A stretch of 64,000 nucleotides of DNA from Nemertoderma westbladi (taxonomy: Eukaryota; Animalia; Xenacoelomorpha), in assembly GCA_032718475.1 (NCBI GenBank), contig JAUCBJ010004737.1, forward strand, positions 1-64,000, given 5' to 3'. Both the position numbers and the translations under genes were made by a program. The notes under the pieces are model-generated. The model did no database searches and was not told the origin of the DNA. It saw only the letters and a list, made by a program, of their open reading frames with translations. This document shows positions 29,201-49,641 of this stretch, one piece after another (position 1 is the stretch's first letter; the number at the start of each line of letters is the position of its first letter).

Positions 29201-30236
29201 ATTTTTATTTTTTTTATTTTTATTACATTTTATTTTAGTAGTACCCTAGGTAATTTACAGTACAATTTATATCTCGTTTTTAAGTGTTGAAAACCTCTAG
29301 ACCGTAATTGTTTATAATTACTTTGTTCAAAACATTTAGACCTATTGGATGAATTGATTCCAAGCGGCTTTGCCATTCTCCATCGCGATCCCTCAATTTC
29401 TTCCTGTTCATTTTCTTTTCACTTAATATAGGTAAGACGTCGAATGGTGTTATACGGAAGTGAGTCATTAAATGTACCGATGTCTCGCAGAAATGCCTGT
29501 ATGGATTCTTGTTTATAATCTTGGTCTTGTAGTTGGCAATCCGTGGTTTGAAATCCTCTGTCGACCAAATTCCAATTTTTCACACTTTAGGCATGTCATT
29601 AAATAAGTTATATTTTTTGCTGCACCTGTAAAATTTACTTTCTGTGGAATTTCCTTTGTTTGTTTGTGTCGATATGACATATTTCAAGGGGAGTAGGTAT
29701 CTACAAGGGTCACAGCTAGTCCGTTCTCATTTATTGACTCCTGTGTTTTCGATTATTGCCGATTCGTGTGATTCTTGAGCCAATCTTGACGGAGCAACTA
29801 AATTGATGTTCGATGTGAACGTGAAACAACCTGAAACTTGTATTCATTTTTAAAAAAGGCAGTAATTGATAATTCATGAAGGGGTGGGTCATTATTATGG
29901 ACATAATAGATGGCTGTCTTCTTTTTGTGTTTTGTCATGGTAATATTATTATACAAGCTACAATTATTGTTGAGTTGATAAAGACAAATTAAAACAATTT
30001 TGACATGGGCTTACCAATATATTTCAAATTACAAGCTACAATTGTATTCGTATAAAGCTAATATTAAAGGATAATATATAATAAATAATAACAAGAAACC
30101 TGTTATTAATTCCGTGTATATATAGGTATATATAATTTTGTATTTAAATTTTGTATTATTTAATTAATTTTGTATTTAAACTCACCTGGATGAAAAGTAT
30201 GAGAACTATAACGAATAACCCTGCGTGTTCCGCCAT
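2292..30236 (-). CDS. Cys-loop ligand-gated ion channel subunit, anion-selective (GABA-A/GlyR/GluCl-like superfamily), 11 exons, ~522 aa
   Basis: Exons, all GT-AG and phase-compatible: 30236-30186 (MAEHAGLFVIVLILFIQ, signal peptide); 28941-28718; 27854-27755 (YDRRIRP); 24272-24150 (FRLTLYFRQYWNDTRL); 18973-18858 (IWRPDSFF); 18046-17964 (Cys-loop CQMQLELFPFDVQAC); 17653-17498 (YGY); 15620-15493 (M1 YFIIQMYVPATLLVVVSWVSFW); 15238-15137 (M2 SVPARASLGITAVLTL); 14958-14788 (M3 AIDVYYAGCFMMVFASLMEFAAV); 2606-2292 (M4 LDKFSRYFFPTVF, stop). Total 1569 nt with an open frame. An extra M3-M4 loop exon in the 12-kb last intron cannot be excluded. Confidence 0.93.
3536..6545 (+). mobile_element. Full-length DNA transposon, Sola1-like
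   Basis: ~27-bp TIRs (cgtcggcttcatgcgaaaaggtcgtat at the left; reverse complement with 3 mismatches ending at 6545), flanked by a 4-bp ATAT duplication (3532-3535 and 6546-6549). It contains one long transposase ORF. Short TIRs with a 4-bp AWWT TSD fit Sola1. Confidence 0.8.
3993..6080 (+). CDS. DDD/E-type transposase (Sola1-like), 695 aa, uninterrupted
   Basis: Motifs VDMQQTL, WSDGCGYQNRN, GHTEMKCDSVHS, SHYCR and VCKKMFLSTLG; the ORF lies between TIRs. Confidence 0.85.
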   Translation: MDERNTVPKELIDLLTIDLNDLVEEVIVDSTSAALSYCDTNETGGSVFPGFHSDSDDCDSDYVPSSTNDNTDTGSDSDPTCARTGTKIKNTPESEENINKKQITVESPVLKKRKRCIKGRPEFWRRNITKKKRLLGEEYVNQKGGISKPRQMRDGCGCRFKRGQKRGIQCESSIFSDVDRNKLFEAFWGLPTWDSKRAHIRALVGLTKTKSNITTRKSRTFSYHLKKDDKIVRVCKKMFLSTLGMGEKQVRGWVMSGTESKSSVSMNLQHTSTRYNQRNTNKRKLCVRKHNDIKRNNHLKQWLKSLPKMESHYCRKSTNKFYLEPTWVSHVALHEEYTKRAKEDGVDPLKIAKFTVVFHELNLALYRPRKDRCDVHESYLKGNLDKETFDLHEIKYKATKAEMAKDWAENAVPNRNVASVDMQQTLLCPLTKASTMYYKMKLKVHNWTFFDEHTGDVNCFMWDETEGGVSSNEFSSIAVKHCSNLIASGSKEIILWSDGCGYQNRNAVMSNALLGLATDQGVSITQKFLVSGHTEMKCDSVHSTIGRAVENLNIYLPSMYSAMAQSARKAPKNPYHVEYLDFSAFKCYSESLVYPSVRPGKVKGDPCVTDVRAYMYHNGKILYKLDFKDDWREIPSRCRTSLNGSNSKPKQLHKSRVPISMDKWDDLQDLKKVIPRDSHSFYDEIPHNNISKRTR
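7080..7880. repeat. 168-bp tandem repeat, ~4.7 copies (left subterminal array)
   Basis: The marker tctctcaaaccgag recurs at 7095, 7264, 7432, 7600 and 7768. Confidence 0.92.
9402..9923 (-). pseudogene. PWWP-domain ORF, apparently frameshifted, inside the CACTA-like element
   Basis: YQVGDFVWAKLKKRDKFWPSRICEP...YWVFFYGSNNYGWV matches the PWWP pattern. The expected terminal helix (NKLFTKGVAELDEELGK) continues in another frame from ~9485. Confidence 0.75.
11070..11950. repeat. 104-bp tandem repeat, ~8.5 copies (right subterminal array)
   Basis: The marker gtcattccataaaa occurs at 11077, 11181, 11285, 11389, 11493, 11597, 11701, 11805 and 11909. Confidence 0.95.
12480..13850 (-). mobile_element. 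Decayed 5'-truncated non-LTR retrotransposon (CR1/L2-like RT)
   Basis: Fragments QSAYRGSHSVETAL, MLDLSAAFDAIDH, LANEFAEFFEQKI and INLSLSIGQVPQLFK, with GVPQGSVLGP and LYADD-like remnants on the minus strand; frameshifts and stops are present. Confidence 0.85.
15760..17210 (+). mobile_element. Decayed CRE-like (RLE-type) non-LTR retrotransposon RT fragment
   Basis: PIAVGETFRRLTSK, GVQQGDPLG and ASLPSSMGGLGLR occur across broken frames. Confidence 0.7.
19330..23880 (-). mobile_element. Near full-length decayed LINE (ORF1 remnant + APE endonuclease + RT), interrupted by a nested insertion
   Basis: Endonuclease motifs VTLWNVEGL, DILLLTET, GDFNCR and SVIDL; RT motifs KPWFDDEC, KACGNDGI, YIDFKKAFD and LFYADDL. 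Outer boundaries are approximate. Confidence 0.82.
21650..22672. mobile_element. Nested retroposon insertion with a (TAAA)n tail on the minus strand, itself containing a plus-strand CRE-type 3' fragment (~21835-22170)
   Basis: Flanked by an AATAT duplication (21645-21649 and 22673-22677) that splits the LINE endonuclease. The internal plus frame reads KSRKYEELVDRGYLFAPVALETLG...FLLQRLLIAILIGN, typical of the CRE RLE C-terminus. Confidence 0.65.
25255..27667 (+). mobile_element. Decayed MULE (Mutator-like) DNA transposon
   Basis: Transposase fragments HWFGNGTFKITPEMFYQVYTIQ (catalytic DGTF changed to NGTF), CYFHY and RTNNLSEAYN with stops and frameshifts. The termini are built from ggaccgaattgtcc repeats in inverted orientation (25284-25330 and 27540-27660). 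The TSD was not resolved. Confidence 0.8.
25570..25695 (-). mobile_element. tRNA-derived SINE fragment with a conserved central domain (MetaSINE-like)
   Basis: The minus strand shows an A-box-like ggtagctcag and a B-box-like ggttca, followed by actcagcctttcatcc...gggtcgataaaatgagtacc, resembling a widely conserved SINE core. Confidence 0.55.
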
Positions 30237-31934
30237 TTTAGGCCTCACCAAAGATTTTCTTCATATGAAGTTATAATTAATTAGGAGCAAGTTAGAACAA
30301 ATTAACTATAAATTAAAAACTATAATACGCGATATAACAACATTGTATAATATAACAATATTGTATGCATTGGACATGCGTGCAATATGGTACCATAACT
30401 AGTAGAAATTATTATTAAATTGAAATTATATTTAAAATATTTAGAATGAACTATATGGTTCCCAAAAATTAATTATTAAAAATTAATAACAATGATAAAT
30501 TACAGAATTTTCTAGTGAAATATTTTACAATAATACATAAATAATAATGCAATCAGTGTAGTAAGTAACAATTTAAAGTTTTGTATATTATTTCGAAATA
30601 AAATATTTTACCTATATTTACATTAGCACTCGATTCACTACATATTTCATATATCACCTGCACGAGGTTCAATTTAAAAAATATCTGTTTGTCACTTTTA
30701 CGTATTTTGTATGTTGACAGGCAGTAATGCAATTTACTGTATTATTCAAGTTTTGATTGGAAATGTTCAAATTGCGAATTTCGCCTGGTTTGAGATGCTG
30801 GTGTCAGTGGAAGGAAACGGGTGTGGGAGAGTGGGATTTCATGCGGTGTCTTTGGTTGGTTGCTTGGTCCGACGCTGGTGAACCTTATTAGGTATGGAGA
30901 GCATAGCTGCTCTTGTAATAGCCGGACTATCACTCAGGCGCCTGCTTCCTTGCCTTCCCATTCGGTAGGAGAACTGGCACTGTAAGATTAATGTTAATGG
31001 TAGGTTATGTGATTAGTAACCCCAGTACCTGATACCCACTACTCCACCAATGTACCTACCTACCTATCCCCTGTCAAAACGAGTTGTCTTATCCATCCCC
31101 TTCCTATTTGTGGCATCTTATGCTCGTTACAGCAAAGAGGTTCGTAATAAAAATGATGCAGACATTGTTATGCCTCTCACGATAAAGCGCCCATTGCCTC
31201 AAATAGCTACAGGATTGCAGTATAATACTTCTTCTTTATTAGCCCCTGGTGAAACTATATTTCAACATGCGTTATAGTGATAATATAATGCCCTGGGATA
31301 TTGGGGTACTACTAGGATCGGCATGCTGCATTGCAGCTGCATTTTTAAGAATGCTGTGCCGGCTTGTCAACAAAATTGCACCGCCACAACTCCCTATCAC
31401 CCATGACATTTGCTAGATCATCCGCATCTTTAAGGCCAGTGTCCTTTAAGATGCGTCTCAAGAAAGTCATGGGCTGTCCACCATATTGAGGTGCTTGAGG
31501 TGGATATTGGGGTGCACTTTCCCCAAAGGCGAAAGCAAACAGTGCTTTATTGTTATACCCCTTATACTCCTCTCATATGAATGGGAAAAAACAAACTATG
31601 GATTTGTTTAAGAATATGTATTGAGACTCACTTGCAATATTGTTTGGTGCTGCCTTCCATTTGCGCTACCGAATTATGTTGTCACTGTAAGAATAGTGTA
31701 CGCTGTTGTGCTCAGCATGCAGGAAAGATATGCATGATTAATCGTATATCGATCTATTTTTCTTACTGACGTATAATTATTGAGGCAATATGGTTTCTTA
31801 CACTGGCAATTTTTCACAGCTAATCACGAGATAAATAAAAGAAAATGAGTAACATATGTTTACGTTCTTTTTTGTAAATGACTGATTAATGTTACAAGGC
31901 TTGGAAATAATGAATATCTTGCATTATTATTATT

Positions 31935-32410
31935 GATTAGTTATTTAAATTAAATTTAATTATCTTTGTCCTGTCCATATTAACTTCCACATTATTGGTT
32001 ATACACCAGGTGTGAGTTATGTCTAGAGCCTTTTGAATTGCCTGTTTGTCTGTTGAATAAAATACAAAATCGTCCGCATAGAACTTAAGTGTGTAATTGC
32101 CTGACGTAACATAGTTGCCAAGGCAGTGATAAATATAATAAAACACGTGGGCGTAAGGCAGTCTCCCTGTTAATATAGTTAAATTGTAATAAATCCTTTA
32201 TCGCGTCAAACAGTTTACCTTTGATGCCAAAGTCATAGATTTTCGACAACAGAATCGGTCGGTGTACAAAATCAAACGCTTTACGAAAATCAATGAAGCA
32301 AACGTATACTTTCCTATCCTCTCGGTTAGGTGATTGTAAGGCTGTGGCTATGAATGTAAGTAAGATTTGTATGGCGTGGGAACAAGATCTGCTAGGTCTG
32401 AATCCGAACT
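31935..32410 (-). mobile_element. LINE RT fragment (similar family to 19330-23880)
   Basis: QFGFRPSRSC, VCFIDFRKAFD and FYADDFVFY. Confidence 0.8.
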
Positions 32411-32635
32411 GCAAACAAACAAACAAACAAACAAACACGAAACAAACAAACGTACACGAGTATTGATTATGGAAGTAACGTTAACGTTGTATTTAAATGA
32501 AAAAATTAAATGTTCTATAGAGTAATAGCTTGTGACGATGTCGACTACTTACGAATATTGTTGTCTACCTATATCACAAATATCTTACAGAGTAATTCTG
32601 ACTGAGTGGCAATAAACAGTAAGGATGTAGATTAA

Positions 32636-32986
32636 ACTGGGGCCTTCGCGCTGCACGATGTGAGCAAAGCCTTTAGCATATGGGGACCATTAACGAGTTG
32701 TCTGCCGTCAGTCAGAAGTCTTTAACACAATACTCGTCCTCCTCTTGTGCCTCGTTGCGTTCGTTCGTTTTTGACCAAACTTCAGATTCTTTCTAAACTT
32801 TTGACGGACTACATACATACCAAGTTTCGTTTAATGTCATCGAGGAATAACCGAGTTATTAGCGATCAAAAATTTACGACAGATGACGAGACGACGACAG
32901 ATGATGATGACGACGACGACGACAGACAACACGCCAATGGCACCCATATGCTAAGGCTTCGCTCACTTCGTGGCTCGCCCCACAGT
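32636..32986 (-). mobile_element. Short DINE-1/HINE-like non-autonomous element (inverted relative of 39350-42362)
   Basis: The ends tggggccttcgcgctgcacg and gctaaggcttcgctcacttcgtggctcgccccaca are reverse complements of the ends of the 39350-42362 element. It has a short internal (gac)n tract. Confidence 0.65.
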
Positions 32987-34519
32987 AGATATGGAACTGA
33001 ACCAGAGGCAGTAGAATGACGATCTTCTTATGTCCTACCTTATGAACATATTATTAATGAACACATTTAATATTAATGCCTAATGTAGTAAGTAATATGT
33101 ATGTATTACATAAAATATATAATACTACTACTGGGTCGTACGAGACAGTGGAAATGTTTAAATAATAACTAAAAAAAACAGCCAAATAAGCAAACCACCG
33201 CCCTGTATAATTATGGTGCCATTTTATTGCCAAAACCCAGCTTTTCCTTGCATCGTGACGCTTAAGGATACTCAAATGTTCTCCGATCTTGTACAATGTA
33301 CATTGCCAACTTGCTGCTGCTGGTTTGACTTGGTGGCCAACCATTAGCGTACCTTCGTCAGCTGCGCAAGGACCCCACTGAACTTAGAACATAGTCGAAA
33401 TTTGAATTTGACATTTTCGTGTTTACTTATGGGTCTACGCGCATTGCGCCATAATGAAGGACGATCTTGTATGTAAGTATTATTGTATACTCCATTAGTA
33501 ATAACCTCGTGTATAAAAACAATATATCCTCCACCTCCTCCATAATCTATGCACACATTAAATACACATATACATCATAACAACATATATCACTCACTAT
33601 CATCTGGAGCTGCATTGCAGTACATTTACATGACCAACCATTGTTTGGAGGCTCATCCTCCCAGATAGAGGAGCAATTTCGACACAATCAAAATGCATCC
33701 CTTCCCAGCCAAAATCGACGAAAATAACAGCTGATTACTGTCAAAAATAAAACTGTAATCTGTATTATTGAGTTTAGTGTATTGTTTTGAATTTGATTAA
33801 AATAAGGTGCCACTGTAACATGCTCATTTCCATTAATACGAAATTTAACATTGTGACGAAATATTAATTCGGCGAGATGCGATCTGCGTCCAGTGCCCCC
33901 CCCCCCCCCCCCCCCGTGTCTTCCAGGATCACATATGTTACAATACGAAATCCACATCATGCCATTGCCTTTCCTCGACCAATATCCGAGGCCGTTGTGT
34001 CTCAGCCCAGGGATCAAATAAAGTGATGCAAACCAGAGAGAATACCACAATACCTTTCCTTAAATTAGGACCAAATGTCAACCAGCTACGTGATTGATTA
34101 AATTATTCAATCCTTCCTATTACCTTGTAAGCTTCATCAAATTAACTGAGTGGATTTTCCAATGACGCAAAGCAAAGCAGCGTAAATAAGCATAAATAAC
34201 TAAATAAAATAAGCAAAGTATGTTGATAATAATAAGAAATTGCAATATTTACTTCGTGACGTTGAGACATTGAGATTCCTAAAATATCTGGCGGAAGTCT
34301 CAAGTCTTGATATGCGGATGAATTGGGGGGGTCACATAAATGATTGCGAATTGTGGAAGTTTTGCCGTGTTGCGCTGCAACCAACATTGCAGAAGTAACA
34401 CAAATGCAACATTAACATTATCATTGATTTTTCGAAACTGTAATTGCAGTTTGATGCTAAATATTATATCAATCAATAATCGGCCTGTTGCATTGAAGCT
34501 GCACATTGAGATGCTGCTA

Positions 34520-35580
34520 TGTTGGCTTATAAACAAGGTTTCACCGTCATAACTTCCTATCCACCATGGCTTTCGCGAGATTACCCGCATCTCCGCATCC
34601 GCATCTTAAGAGGCGTCTCAAAAAAGTCATGGGCTGTCCAAAATGCTTATTTTCTCCATGGGGCTGCCAAAGCACTAGATTATGCACCGTCTGGTCCTCA
34701 CGGCGAAAGCAATGTCCTGCAAAGCGGAGGCGGCTTTTTTCAAGTGTCAAGCTTGGGTGAACTAATAAGACACCTCCAATGTTATATTGTGTCTGGTTGA
34801 AGATGTGTGCATTGTACTTGATACAGTGAACCCGACGTAGCATTGTTATGAAAAATTTTTGTATCCTCTGCCGTTAGAGCCAAGCATGGACTCACATAGA
34901 GGAGTAATAGTACTACTGCTTCTCTATAAAATCGGACCTTAAGTATTCGGTGCATTCTGTGTGACTTCCAAATCCCGGAAAGCCCATTCAATGCTGCCCA
35001 TATGCCTTTCCTTCACGTATTCAAAGGTCCTGACTTCAGGATCCATGATCCCAGGTAACGTCTTCCGGATCCATGATCCCAAGTAACAGAAGTCTTCCAC
35101 ATACTCAAGCATACCATCCTTTGAGCTAATGCTCATACGATCAAATATTTCCTGAGGACTTTCAAAGTTAACGGTCAAAATTTTGGTCCTCTTGTTGTTA
35201 ACAAAAAGACCAACACTAGAAGCAGCCTTTTCTAATGAACTGTGGAGCCGTAGGGCCCCCTCTAGTGATTCGGTGAGTACTCCTAAGTCATCAGCAAAGT
35301 CTAGACCAGATAGGTACTTGGCTGGAATTCCACGACTTCTGGAGCCAGTAGGTGGAGTTAACATCAACCCATCATCATTATGATGATCTAAGGACATGCG
35401 TAGGACATTGTCAACCACAATTATGAACAAGAATGGTGCAAGTGTGTCTCCCTGGAGGACGCCGCATAACACTTCAAATGGTTCTGTGTCACCATCAACA
35501 GTAGACACAAATGTCATTGAACCATCGTATACTGACCTGATTCCTGCAATAATTTAATCCGGAATTCCATACAATGAGAG
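34520..35580 (-). mobile_element. RTE-clade LINE 3' fragment
   Basis: DGDTEPFEVLCGVLQGDTLAPFLFIIVVD, LDFADDL, FCYLGSWI and RLRFAGHCFR. Short related tails lie at ~24530-24680 and ~31420-31490. Confidence 0.85.
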
Positions 35581-37666
35581 TTCCAATGATAAACAACACT
35601 ATAGAGATCTGAAGATTATCCTAAAGCATTTAAAATCAAACGGATTAACAGTCATATAAATTTTTTAGGATAATTCATTTCAAAAGATGGTTTAAACCAA
35701 ACCCTGGGATCAAACAGTTATTTAATAAACCCTGTTATGTAGCATGTCAACTTTATGCATATGTATTGGTATGTGTGTTTTTATCGTAGATTTGTGCCCA
35801 GTTTTTCCAAACTTTCTGCACCCCAACGGATCTTACTCGAACGAAGCATAAAGTAATTTACTTAACAGTGGGATAAGTCGGCAAATAAACCATTTATTGA
35901 ATTGAAATCAAAATCATCACAAACCAAAACCATTAAAATCAGCATTAACTTTCTCATTTCCAATTACAAATTAATGTTAAACTTTCTTTGAATACTGATG
36001 CTTAAACTACTGCTTGCAAGAGGCTCAGTAGAGCATCAACATGTTGGTGGAAATAAAGTAATATATTACTTTACATGAGAAATAAAGTAACATATTACTT
36101 TATGTAATAATAAAATAAATATATTACTATATGCTAAATTAATAATAACCCTTTCTATCAACGATAAATCAAAATCTAGCTAGAGTATAAATAAAGTTTA
36201 AAATAATCAATTTAAAATAAATTTGAGATATAGATAGTTCAACCTCCCGGAGCGTTTAAAACAAGTGTCTCCCTCGAAATTGTACCAGTTAAACCGTAGT
36301 TATCCATTAAACGCCAGGGAGGTCAAACTACGTTGGTACACGTACGATATGTTGGTATATATGGAAAGTAGGCCATGCAAGGATTACAAATATGTAAAAA
36401 ACATTTGAATCTGTTTGGAAAATAGCTGAGATGTAGTCGTTCTAAGATTGCGTGTGTTTTTATTCGCTGGAGGCATTTTTATATTATTTACTTTGTTAGT
36501 GGGCCAGTCGAACTGTTCAGTACAGCTTGGATGGGATGTTGGTCTACCACCAATCCTTACACGTTCTACATTGCAGCTGCACATTGAGATGATATGATGG
36601 CTTAATAACTAAAAACATAAATTTGTAGAATTTCATAAACCCTATCCCTAACTGGAAACCTCCTTTGATGGGGGACAGGGATGCTTCAGAGATGATTATA
36701 AGTTTTAATTCCACGTACCAAAGTTAGTGGATCATTATTATGAAATACAAATTAAAATTGGGCGATTCTATTAGAAAAATGGTATTTCTTAAATTTAAGA
36801 AAATCAAAGAAGGTCACAGTTCCTCCTCTCCAACCCCCCTTTTAATCTGTGCCTTTGGGTTCGGGAACCAAAGTCACAGTTTGGACCAGTCCGTGAGATT
36901 GATAACAGGTATCATAAAAATAATATGTTATATTGAGAAATATCAATTGTAAATTCCTTCAGTGATACTGCAGTAGACCTACTGAAATGTATCATTACAC
37001 GTCAGCAGCAGGTACTGCTATACTAATATATTGTAATTTTGCACTCGATAGCATTTTAAAAACCTGCCAACTCGTGCAAAACTAATTTGTGGGGTCAATT
37101 GAAATTAGCGACAAACAAGGGCTTCTTTCCTGTACATTTTACTTATCGAAGAATATTACTTTTTAATGTAAACATGTTCTATAACGCCCCCATGCGCGAT
37201 TTAAATACAATCAAGACATGTATGTATCTTTCGAAGAAATGTTCTTTAGCACTCAAGTAAACAAGTTTCAGAGCAATATTTATTTTCAAAGCGAATAGCT
37301 ACATAAATATTCTAGAATATTTCCTATACAAAAAGTAAAGCAAAAGCTAATATAAAAATATTTGAAAGTAAAGTACGATTGCGGAACTGTTATCGAAAAT
37401 ACTAGCTACTGTAGGCCTACCCAAAACATTATTTAATATCAAATTGAGTAGCTTGTTTAAATGGTAGGAGATAAATTTGACTACTCACAATATTCAGAAC
37501 TTTTCAAAACTCTACATTTGCAATGTTGTTCGTTATACAAATGGCCTCTTTTGAAAACATCAAACGTGTGGCCTAATGGGCCGTGAATGTAGTACAAGGT
37601 CTAGTTATATATTAAAACAAAAAGTAATATTCAAGTATGTTTTGTTCTAGAACATTCAAACTATTA

Positions 37667-38001
37667 CACCATGAACCGTAATATAGTGTCATATATATAT
37701 ATATATTTTGAATTATATTTTGAATTTTTGCAACGCAAACTCTCTAATGAAATGATAAAATCACGACTAATGTGAAGAATGACCACGACACGGAAGGTGC
37801 GATTTCGCAAAAGACACTTTTTTAAAACGCTTATAAAAAAATTTAAAGGCAAAATCGAAAATTCCGGCTTCATGGGGTCAACGACGCTGAGTAGAACTAG
37901 TTGTGTTTCAAATTTTAAGCAATATGATAAAGATTTGTAGAAAATCTGGGGGGGGGGGGGTCCGTGTCATCACAAAATACACTATATTACGGTTCATGGT
38001 G
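37667..38001. mobile_element. MITE, Tc1/mariner-type (TA TSD)
   Basis: Perfect 23-bp TIR caccatgaaccgtaatatagtgt / acactatattacggttcatggtg, flanked by TA on both sides. Confidence 0.85.
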
Positions 38002-38644
38002 TATATATTATTTAATTTATTTTGTTACATTATTTCAACTTATAGGCATCTCCATTTTTTAACCTAACCAACTTTCGGATCTTGCTGAACAACAATGGCT
38101 TGTTGATGCTGCAACGCCACATTTATTGACCATTACCGCTACCCATCCTCCATTGATGATGGCATGGGCAAAGTTTTATGACACCCTTTTTGTTATTCCC
38201 CTCCGTAACTAAGAAAATAACAACAGTTGTTATTAAGGTTATATTAAGGCCGATTTACGCTTGGCAACTTTATTTTGAGCAAATTAAATTGTTCGCAGTT
38301 TAAAAGTGGCAACAGCAACTTACAGCAACTTCGTGTTTTCACGGAACAACTTAATCGGCAACATTATCTGAGTGGCTCACCAAGTTGCCGACAAATTTGC
38401 TCGAAAAGATGCCATGTGGAAACCAGCAATCCAGCAAACCAGCAAATAATCATGGTTTTAGTTATTTATAAATAAATATGAACTAACTATACAATGAATA
38501 TGGTATTTAATGATTGATTTTAATGTAGCATATTTTTTTGCATAATTAGCATTGCTTTCTATTATGTGTATTATTCCAATGCTCGATAATTGTAACTACA
38601 TTATATCAATGAAACTTGTTTACTAAATAATAATTATTAAATTT

Positions 38645-46316
<7,672 letters not shown>

Positions 46317-49049
46317 GTAAGATGGAATGGAATGCCCATGAAGCGCTGGAGCGGTTTCATGCGGTATGTGCGGGCCAACATTCATCTCTTGAGGTATAAT
46401 AATGATAAATTATTACAGTAAATGGGAACTTTTCAAAGTTTTCATTTCGTTTTCATTCCATTGTAGCTAGGGGTCATGGGTTCTATAAAGAGAAAGGGGG
46501 TCAGGGTCCACCCCGATTGAGACTGTGGGGTCATCTTTGATTTTCGTCAAAATATATATATAAACTATTCTCAATAACTGGATTCCCTAATCGTTCAAAT
46601 ATGTGCCTCCTTGAATCAGGGCTGTGCGTATTCTGGCCGCGTACGCATGATCCTACATGTACCATGTAAGATTCAATAAGAATATATTGATTTGCCATTA
46701 GACTCATAATTCGAACCGTAATCACCTAAAGGTGGGTAGACACCTAAAAGACAAAAGTGGAGTGATTATTTATAAATTGACATATTAAACAAAAAAGAAC
46801 AAAACCAGCTTAACAGTTCGCGCTTTTAAGACTTCGATAATTTTCACCATACAAATTTTATTATCACAGAAATCTTGCTTAAGTTTGCCAAACGAGATAA
46901 CACCGGATAATCAGCAAGAGCGGCGTATGACCCACCTGTAACTGGGAGCCTGAGATATATCGGCTTACAAGAATTAGGCTGGTTGTGTATCATTCGATTG
47001 ATTCTCGCTGTATAATTCCTAACAATTATGTTCCCTTACGGGATAGTAAACAGTTCCGTTTTAGGTGTTGTGTTCTAGATAACAGGTATATGACTTAAGG
47101 TAAATACAACATATTCTTAATGAGAATTATAGTTTGTCACATCATTTAGGGATGTGGTATTATGGACCGGCTGAATTACACTCTGAACACTTACTTGAGG
47201 CAATTCATTAATAAGGAGTAGACAGGCTCACACACGTTGGGGATATCTGATAACATATTCTCATGCACACCAAGGAATTGTGAACCGAGACTGCTAATTT
47301 ACCGCCTAAAGCTTACCTCGTTAAATATAAGACATGTTTAATGTTATCGCCGTCCCTTTCAAACTTTGTGATTTAAACAAGGCGATAACATATTCTGGGA
47401 GTGTGTGGAAACAAACATGAGCGGGAGGTTGCTTTATTACGAGCAGATATTGGTGAAAATTTCTCAAACCTATTGTTATAGTTAGGGAGGGGGGGGGGGG
47501 GGGGGCTGGCTATTCTAACACAGTCAATGAAAAGCAATGGTAACAGGGCAAGGCTTTGTCCAAGTTGAATAATTTTGGCTATATGGGTCAATCGATAACT
47601 TGTTTAAAAAAAATTTAGAAGTTATAATAATTTAATGCTATTTAATATCAAAAAATCTTTACTATTCACTAAAAATACTACTCTTGGAACATACATTAGA
47701 TTTATACTATTTCATACATATAAATAGGATATAGTGTTGAATAAAAGTATTGGTTAAAATTTTTTGATATTGATTATTCTCAAATAAATTTATTATTCTC
47801 ATATATCTTTAAAAAAAATGGCATTTTTCACATTTCGAGTCCAATAAAATGAATTAGCTGATCAAAATTTTACAATTCTGTCCAATATTTTTGAAGACAC
47901 CAGGCTTGTCTTGTAATTACTATGTCCAAATTTCATCAAAAATATTAAAATTGGCAGAAGAGATTTTATGTTTATTTGGAATGAGAAAATTCCATTCTGA
48001 GATAATTGCCTTTAAACTTTGAAACTTCCCGCGCAAAAACTATCCATGGACCCCGAAAAATGCCCACTGCCCGCGGCGCCCCAACAATACCCTATTCATA
48101 TCTTTGTATCATCCTTTTGATAAGTTAAACCTTGATTAAATTAAGGTTTAATGTAATTTACATTAAATAAGGGATGAGATTGTGTTTGTGTATAATTTAA
48201 TACATTATTACAAATTAATTAGCATAATAAATAAAAATTGCAGTTAAATATTCAAGATAATTTTTAAAACGCATTTACATATGAAGTGGCATATTGGGCA
48301 AGTAATGTATGTGAAGTAGTTAATGTATAGAGTAATGCAAGTGACCTATTGGGGAAGTGACAGTTCGAAATGTGGAATAGTCAAGATATCAATTACTTTC
48401 AATATAACTATTGATATAAGTTACATTACTTCTGAAAGAAGAAGAAATGCCAGCTCTCAACTTTTTATATTCAACAATGTAGAACATATGACTAGTACAT
48501 TTTGTAAAACGGAAGTTGCTATTTATTATTATATTATTATATATTTATTATTATTATGTGTGAATGTCTCCATAGGCTACAATGTGTTCCAGCTTTTAAG
48601 TAAAAGTTAAAAGCTCATGTATGAGAATGGACCTTGCAGGTTCAGTTGTCGATAAATTTCACAAAATGCGGTCTCTGGGACCACGAATGCACAAGTGATC
48701 AGTTCGACGATGGCCTTGTCCTAAAAATCTTGTCCGTAGTGCCTGCAAAGAAGTGATGGGTTTTGGTAATTAACGTTCACTACCGAAATTGTACAATAGC
48801 TCGTTTGTTAAGTGCCTCGTTGTGGCGAGATCCGAGTTGGTGCTGGGATCCCGACCGGGTAGATCTTTAGTTATAGTTTCTGGTTTCCTACGCGTCACCG
48901 CGCTGATAATAACTGAAGGCTGCTGCCAGATGGAATAAAAGAGAGTTTGATCTTATTGTTTGATACTATTGAGACTCTGCTATTGATAAGTAGATAATAC
49001 AGCACAATTGATATAACAGTATAATATAGCGGGTGATGGTGGCAAACTA

Positions 49050-49641
49050 TGTAACTACTACACCAACAATATAGCCATCTGAACTAGTAGTCACATGATG
49101 ACAGTATATATGTGGAAAATTGGGAAAATTGGGAAAATTGTGGAAAATTGGGGGGAATGTATTACACAGTCCTAACACGTAAGGTTGGCCAACCAATCTA
49201 TACACATCGTGATCGCCAGCTGTAGCCCTCGCATTGGTCAGCATATTACACTCCTACTATCCAATGTCCCCCTGCTCTGTGTTAGCCTCTCTCCCCTGAG
49301 ATGGGTTGTTAAACCATCTCCTGGCTAACATTGTTTCCTACATTCATTGGTATGCATGCAATATTGGCTATATACCTGAACTGATTCGTAAATCAGTCAA
49401 CCTCCCCAATCTGCTGGTAGGTGGCGTGTAGCAGAATGGATCCGCTTACACTTCCCCCATGCTATCTTCCCTGTGAGAAGATAGTGCATAGGATAGTCCA
49501 ATAAGTGCACTCCATTCCGCGGGAATCCAATCTAATATTGGATGTGGGGTGGGAATATCTTCTTTGGGACCAGTCTCCCATTCTGGCCCAACTGGGTCTG
49601 GTCTCACTACCCATCCTTGGCACACCTGCGAGCTAAGTAGC
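49050..49641 (-). mobile_element. 3' end of an older LTR retrotransposon (candidate 3' LTR 49050-49450 plus PPT)
   Basis: tgtaac...cttaca inverted termini, with adjacent cttccccc (PPT gggggaag on the minus strand) at 49451-49458. Confidence 0.5.
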